Shown here one piece after another: positions 59,002 to 64,000 of a stretch of DNA of 64,000 nucleotides. Source of the DNA: Candidatus Methylomirabilales bacterium (lineage in GTDB: Bacteria > Methylomirabilota > Methylomirabilia > Methylomirabilales > CSP1-5); NCBI GenBank assembly GCA_041599135.1, contig JBFHXD010000001.1:7473-71472 (forward strand), in the 5' to 3' direction. Under the pieces are notes generated by a model. That model had not been told where the DNA came from. It did no database searches and saw nothing but the letters and a program-made list of their open reading frames with translations. Made by a program: the position numbers and the translations under genes. Numbering within the stretch: the first letter of the stretch is position 1; each line of letters opens with the position of its first letter.

Positions 59002-60927
59002 TCAGGCTTGGCTTTTTGACAGAGCCTCTCGGTACACACCGAGGGCCCAGAGGGGGAAATAGACCGGGTAGAGGTGGTACTTGAGGAAGAAGACGCGCGG
59101 AAAGCCGGTCCCGTTCCAGAAGGGATCATCCCAGGAGCCGTCGGCACGCTGGGTTTCGAGGAGATAGCGAATTCCCCTGGTCACGGCCGGGCTCGTCGCC
59201 TCTCCCGCCGCGAGCAGTCCGAGCAGTGCCCAGGCGGTCTGGCTGGGCATGCTTTCCCCTCTTCCTGCAAGGGCGGGATCCGTGTAACTCAAAAGGGTCT
59301 CCCCCCACCCGCCGTCCGGATTTTGGTGGTCTTGCAACCATCGAACGGCCCGTCGGACGTACGGGGCCTTCATATCCTCACCGATCGCCTGGAGGCCCCG
59401 GAGGACCGACCAGGTTCCATAGATATAATTGGCGCCCCAGCGGCCGTACCACGACCCATCCGGACACTGGGTTGCCTTGATGAATGCCAACGCCCTGGCC
59501 GCCTGGGGATGTGCGGCCGTCTCGCCGTAGGTACCGAGCGTCTCGATCCCCCGTCCAGCCAAGTCTTCGGTGGGCGGATCAAGTAACGCCCCATGGTCAG
59601 CAAAGGGGATGTTATTGAGGATGAGACGGTTGTTCTCCGCATCGAAAGAGCCCCATCCGCCACTCTCGGATTGCATGCCGAGAAACCAGGCGAGGCCCAC
59701 ATCGAGGACCTGTCGAATGTCGGCCCGATCCGGTAACCGGACCTTCTTCAGGGCCATTAGCACCACAGCGGTGTCATCGGTGTCCGGATAGAAGTCGTTC
59801 CGGAATTGGAATGGCCATCCGCCTGGAGGGAGATGCGGCCGCTTCACCTGCCAGTCACCACGTCGCAGGACCTGCCCCTGCAGTAACCACGCCGCGGCCT
59901 TGAGAAGTGCGGGGTGGTTTCGGGGGAGGCCAGACTCCACGAGGGCGTTCATTGCCAGGGACGTATCCCAGAAGGGAGAAAGGCAGGGTTGCATGCGGAA
60001 CGTGTCGACATCCTCGATCCCGAGCTGTTCAATCTCTTTCCACCCTTCGGCCATCTTGGGGTGGTCCTCAGAGTACCCCAGCGTGTGCAGAGCCATCACT
60101 GCATTGGCCATCGCCGGATAGATCCCGCCTAAGCCTCCGGGCCCCATCCGCGTCAGTGTCCAGGCTAACGCCCGCTGACGCGCCCGAGCCCGGAAGGGGC
60201 GTGGGCCCCATCGCTCTAAACTCGGGAGCAGCCTATCCAACCCGATGAAAAAGTTCTTCCATGAGAGAAGCTGGTCGCTGAGCGGGAATCGCAGATCGGC
60301 CTCGGCTCGGGACGGGACGTAGAGCTCATCGATGCCCGCCGATTCCGGGATGCGGCAGACCGGCTTTAGGTCCATAAGGATGAGGAGGGGGACGATGACC
60401 GTTCTGGACCAATACGAGACCTCATAGAGGTTGAAGTAGGACTGGCGTGGGAGCAGCATGATCTCGATCGGCATCGCCGGGACCCCCCGCCAGTCGTACT
60501 GTCCAAACAGGGCCAGAGCGATTTTGGTAAAGACATTGGCCTTGGTGACTCCGCCTTTGGCTCGGATATTTTCCCGGGCCTTGACCATGAAGGGCTCGTC
60601 GGGATGGTGCCCGATGAGTTTCAAGGCGAAGTAGGCCTTGATGGTCGCACTGATATCGCAGGGGCTTCCCGGAAACAGGTACCAACCGCCATCGGGCAGT
60701 TGCTTGCTCCGGAGATAATTGGCGGCCTTTCGATCCCGAGCTTCATCCACCCGCCCCACGAAGCGATGCAGTATGATGTACTCGGAGGTTATGGTGGTGT
60801 CTGGCTCCAGTTCACCCAGCCAATACCCCAACGGATGCTGGATGCCCAAGAGATACTCCTGCGCCCGGTGCGTGGCCTTTTCCATTACGTCGAATGTGGG
60901 GGCGTCTCCAATCGTCGAAGATGTCAA
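59002..60927 (-). CDS. shc: Squalene-hopene cyclase
   Basis: Catalytic DTDDTAVVLMAL (DxDDTA) and multiple QW repeats (QxxDGGWG, QCPDGSWYGRWG, QRADGSW). Confidence 0.97.
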   Translation of the reverse strand: MTSSTIGDAPTFDVMEKATHRAQEYLLGIQHPLGYWLGELEPDTTITSEYIILHRFVGRVDEARDRKAANYLRSKQLPDGGWYLFPGSPCDISATIKAYFALKLIGHHPDEPFMVKARENIRAKGGVTKANVFTKIALALFGQYDWRGVPAMPIEIMLLPRQSYFNLYEVSYWSRTVIVPLLILMDLKPVCRIPESAGIDELYVPSRAEADLRFPLSDQLLSWKNFFIGLDRLLPSLERWGPRPFRARARQRALAWTLTRMGPGGLGGIYPAMANAVMALHTLGYSEDHPKMAEGWKEIEQLGIEDVDTFRMQPCLSPFWDTSLAMNALVESGLPRNHPALLKAAAWLLQGQVLRRGDWQVKRPHLPPGGWPFQFRNDFYPDTDDTAVVLMALKKVRLPDRADIRQVLDVGLAWFLGMQSESGGWGSFDAENNRLILNNIPFADHGALLDPPTEDLAGRGIETLGTYGETAAHPQAARALAFIKATQCPDGSWYGRWGANYIYGTWSVLRGLQAIGEDMKAPYVRRAVRWLQDHQNPDGGWGETLLSYTDPALAGRGESMPSQTAWALLGLLAAGEATSPAVTRGIRYLLETQRADGSWDDPFWNGTGFPRVFFLKYHLYPVYFPLWALGVYREALSKSQA

Positions 60928-60972
60928 TTCGCTCTCTCCTTCTTTCTGGTCCTTCTCGCGGGACTTATATCG

Positions 60973-61632
60973 TCATTCCAAGAAAAACGAAGCCCCGATG
61001 ATGAACATACTCGAGTCGATGCCATCGTTCGGCATCCGCGTGTCGGCATTCGAAATATGAAACCACCGCCACTCGCCGGTCAGGGCCGTCCGTTCAGAGA
61101 CAAAGTAATGAAAGCCCAATCCGGCTTGGGGCGAAAAATTGAAGCCATCCCGTTGTCCGTCCACATCAAAGTCCAAACCGAGAAGGCCGCCCCCGGCCTC
61201 TATAAAGGGGATGAATGTGCCGTTGGGGAGGAAATTGTATCGGAACAGGATGGCAAATCCCCCCCCGAACCCGCTCTTGGGCTCCGTCTCGAAGAGAAAC
61301 TGTCCTTCCGCCAGCAGCTCAAAGTTGCCCCGGTACCAGGCGCCCTCCCCCCCCAGCGGGTCTGTGATGCCGATACCCCACCGCGGAGCCAGAAAGACAT
61401 ATTGGACGTCCTCAATCTCAGGGGTCCTCCCTCCGACGGGGAGGGGAATGGCATATCCGACCGCGAGGGCAATCTCCTGCTTGCCGGATCCGAACAGCTC
61501 TGCCGGGGCGGCCGCGCCTTCCTGCGTCGTAAGTGACTCCGGACCATCACCCGCTGCCCAACTCTGCCCTGGAAGAAGAAGGAGGATCCCCAGCGCCATT
61601 GCCAAGAGAAGGGATCTGTACGGCTGTCGCAT
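60973..61632 (-). CDS. Outer-membrane beta-barrel, acyloxyacyl hydrolase / PagL-like lipid deacylase family
   Basis: Signal peptide. Alternating beta-strand pattern. C-terminal WFHISNA (HxSN catalytic-type motif) and a terminal aromatic (SFFLE). Confidence 0.55.
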   Translation of the reverse strand: MRQPYRSLLLAMALGILLLLPGQSWAAGDGPESLTTQEGAAAPAELFGSGKQEIALAVGYAIPLPVGGRTPEIEDVQYVFLAPRWGIGITDPLGGEGAWYRGNFELLAEGQFLFETEPKSGFGGGFAILFRYNFLPNGTFIPFIEAGGGLLGLDFDVDGQRDGFNFSPQAGLGFHYFVSERTALTGEWRWFHISNADTRMPNDGIDSSMFIIGASFFLE

Positions 61633-61662
61633 GCGTCCTCCAGTTGAAGTGAAAAGACGGAC

Positions 61663-62292
61663 TCATTCCTCCTTCTGCTTGGCGCGCATCTTCTTCACCA
61701 ACGCATCGAACGAGCTCGTTTGGATGATCCGGTTGAACTGTGACTGATAATTGGAGACAATACTGACCCCGTCAATGACCACATCGAAGAGCTCCCAGCG
61801 ACCGCCGCGACGCTGCAGTTGATAATCGACCGGCAGGCGATCGCCCCGCTGGTCCACGAGAATCGTGTTGACCACGGCGTCTGTCCCGTTCACCGATTCT
61901 CCCGAGTACATGATTTGCTGGTCAGAAAGCGATTGCAGGACCATCCGGCTATAGGAGCGTTCAAAGAGTTCCCCAAAGAGGGCAACGAATTCTTGGCGTT
62001 GCTTCAGGGTCAGTTTCTCCCAGTGGGTATTCAGGGATCGCTCGGCCATTTCCGGGTAGTTAAAGCGGTCCGCAATCAGCTTCCGCACTGCCTGCTTTCG
62101 CGCCACGTCTTTTTCCGGACCCTGCAAGGCAGGATCATTGAGAATGCTGAGCGCCGTCTCCAGGGTATCCCGGACCTGCTCGACGGGCTGCCCCTCACGC
62201 GCTTCGAGCGAGAGCGGAAGAGCCAGGCACAGGATCCCGAGCCAGAAGACGCGGCAGATCCACAGATGATATTGTTGACGTGCTCTGCTCAC
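61663..62292 (-). CDS. hpnM: MlaC/Ttg2D-family periplasmic lipid-binding protein, HpnM-like
   Basis: Signal peptide. Ttg2D pattern (RKLIADRFNYPEMAERSLNTHWEKLTLKQRQEFVALFGELFERSY...VDYQLQRRGGRWELFDVVIDGVSIVSNY). Confidence 0.75.
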   Translation of the reverse strand: MSRARQQYHLWICRVFWLGILCLALPLSLEAREGQPVEQVRDTLETALSILNDPALQGPEKDVARKQAVRKLIADRFNYPEMAERSLNTHWEKLTLKQRQEFVALFGELFERSYSRMVLQSLSDQQIMYSGESVNGTDAVVNTILVDQRGDRLPVDYQLQRRGGRWELFDVVIDGVSIVSNYQSQFNRIIQTSSFDALVKKMRAKQKEE

Positions 62293-62317
62293 TGGTATGC
62301 CTCCGTTGGATTTTTCA

Positions 62318-64000
62318 TTACTGCTCCCCCCGTCGGGGTGGCTGCCAGGACCCCTTGGAATACACGATCGCTTGGGGCACCTCCGGCACTGCTTCGGTCT
62401 TTCTCATGCCGTAGAGGCTCCACAGCAGGGCCGGCAGCAACGTGAGCGAAGCCAGCAAGATGCTCCCCACCCCCACCGACAAGAGGAAGCCAAGGCTGAA
62501 GATCCCCCGGTGGCTGGCCACCATCAGGCTCCCAAACCCGACCATGGTGGTGGTGGCAGAGAGGAATACCGCCCGACCGGTGCTGTTGGCGACGATGGGC
62601 CCCTTCCCCCCCTGCTGCTGATACCGCTTGACAATGTGAAGACCGTTCATGATCCCGTACCCCGCGATCAGAGGGAGGATAATGAGATTCGCGAGATTGA
62701 AGTTGATCTGGAAAAGGTTCATGATCCCGAGGGTCCAAATCCCCCCTACGACGAGGGGAAGCAGGGCCAAGAGCAAGTGCGCGAGACTGCCGAAGGACAA
62801 GAGGATCACCACCATCATGGCAATCGCCGCGTACAGTCCCCCCTGCAGGTATCCTCGTTCCATGCTCATGCCGTGTTCCCAGGCGCTGATCGGGTCCCCG
62901 ATGGCATCCGGGTCCACGGACCGGACCTCACTCACAAACTCTTGGACGCCTTCCCGGCCCCAGATATTCCCCCGGGGAAACACCTTTAGGAGATAGGTCC
63001 CCCCTGTCCCGATGAACCGATCCTGCAGTTCCCGCGGCAGGTCCGTCACTATCATGGGACCCGACTCGAGATTTTTCCGGAGCACCGTGAGCTTCTTCTG
63101 AAAGTCGGCAAACAGCTCGGCCTGGTAAGCAGCCAGCGTCTGGGTCGTCTCATCAGGATTGCTGGACCCAAGCCGGCCCCTAATGGTGTCGAGCAATCTT
63201 CGAGCCTCTTCCAGCTCGTCGTCTGAAGTGGAGGAGAAGCGATCCTTATTCCCCAGTTTGAATCGTATCCGTTCGAAGGTGGTCTGGAGCCTTGCGAGGT
63301 CCACCGGTTCCAACCGTCCAAAGACGGCAGGCAGCTGTCCGAGGGGAGTTTTCAGCGCCTGAATGGCAGCCATCTTCGCCGCCGGCTTCTCCGGGAGGAA
63401 CGAAAAGATGGACTCGACCTGATCTACTGATGGAAGGGCCTCCAGGCTGGCTGTTTTGGCCCCCACCTCCTCCGGCGACTGCGCGAGGACGATCCCATAC
63501 CAGGTGGAGGTCCCCCCTTCGGCGAGGAGCCGGTGTTCCCAATCGACCGATTCCATCCCATACGCCTGAAGTTCCAAGAGGTTGAATTTGAGCTGAATAT
63601 TGCCGAGGGTCGGGAGCGAAATGGCAGCCAGCAGTCCCGCCGCGACAATGACGATTCGCGGATGATGACTCCACCGTTCGAGCCCCTTTAAAAACCCGGT
63701 CGAACGGATCACGATTCGAGTCTCCGCCCGTCCCTCTTGCAGGATCAGCAAAGCGGGGAGGACCGTGAAGGCGGCTCCGAGACAGAGAAGGAGGCCGCTG
63801 CCGGTGATAAAGCCCAGCTCCACCAGGCCCTTGAAATTGGTGAGCAGCAGGCTATAGAAGGCAACCACCGTCGTAATCGCCCCCGTTGCCGTGGTCACAC
63901 CCGCCCTCCGGAAGGTGTTTTCCAACGCCTCGCCAGGATCGTGACCCGCTGCTCGTTCTTCCGCAAAGCGCTCCAAGAGATGGACGTTATAATCGATGCC
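62318..64000 (-). CDS. hpnN: RND/MMPL-type transporter, HpnN-like, N-terminus beyond the window edge
   Basis: The frame stays open to base 64000 (GIDYNVHLLERF...). Two TM bundles flank a large periplasmic loop. Sits next to hpnM and shc. Confidence 0.8.
   Translation of the reverse strand, partial: GIDYNVHLLERFAEERAAGHDPGEALENTFRRAGVTTATGAITTVVAFYSLLLTNFKGLVELGFITGSGLLLCLGAAFTVLPALLILQEGRAETRIVIRSTGFLKGLERWSHHPRIVIVAAGLLAAISLPTLGNIQLKFNLLELQAYGMESVDWEHRLLAEGGTSTWYGIVLAQSPEEVGAKTASLEALPSVDQVESIFSFLPEKPAAKMAAIQALKTPLGQLPAVFGRLEPVDLARLQTTFERIRFKLGNKDRFSSTSDDELEEARRLLDTIRGRLGSSNPDETTQTLAAYQAELFADFQKKLTVLRKNLESGPMIVTDLPRELQDRFIGTGGTYLLKVFPRGNIWGREGVQEFVSEVRSVDPDAIGDPISAWEHGMSMERGYLQGGLYAAIAMMVVILLSFGSLAHLLLALLPLVVGGIWTLGIMNLFQINFNLANLIILPLIAGYGIMNGLHIVKRYQQQGGKGPIVANSTGRAVFLSATTTMVGFGSLMVASHRGIFSLGFLLSVGVGSILLASLTLLPALLWSLYGMRKTEAVPEVPQAIVYSKGSWQPPRRGEQ

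Overview
GC-rich, gene-dense bacterial chromosomal segment with about 65 protein genes and one RNase P RNA. I saw no tRNA or rRNA genes, CRISPR arrays, transposases or integrases. The lineage cannot be determined from the window; the gene content (alternative complex III, hopanoids, PPi-PFK) only gives an impression of a deep-branching respiratory bacterium.

Gene content from left to right:
- The tail of an alternative complex III operon (actC-D-F-E plus a dihaem cytochrome c).
- A sigma-54-driven unit: HTH regulator, radical-SAM/SPASM enzyme and Fnr-like regulator.
- An NtrB/NtrC-like two-component pair, ADP-forming acetyl-CoA synthetase, rnpB and mltG.
- A ThiS-like/TtuA tRNA-thiolation pair, then treT, PPi-PFK, glgP and trmI.
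- A nitrogen-control block (glnE, then glnB-glnA).
- An operon in which a split D-glutamate-cyclase (DUF1445 and DUF4392) brackets a hydantoinase/oxoprolinase pair.
- A muropeptide/D-amino-acid salvage-like operon (anmK, SIS protein, D-aminoacylase, C26 and M20 peptidases, a secreted nuclease).
- A long minus-strand block, hpnN-hpnM-OMP-shc, followed by eight translationally coupled genes: an inositol-phosphate synthase, a CDP-alcohol transferase, an oxidoreductase, an aminotransferase, an ATP-grasp enzyme, a nucleotidyltransferase, a HAD hydrolase and a flippase-like protein.

The eight-gene operon is my best candidate for an undescribed system. I infer it makes a modified inositol or aminoinositol head group for a lipid or hopanoid.

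Non-coding highlights:
- Four near-consensus sigma-54 promoters.
- Two families of intercistronic tandem heptamer/octamer palindromic arrays.
- A self-contained promoter-RBS-27-codon hydrophobic ORF-terminator unit.

All functional calls come from reading motifs in the supplied translations. No database search was possible.
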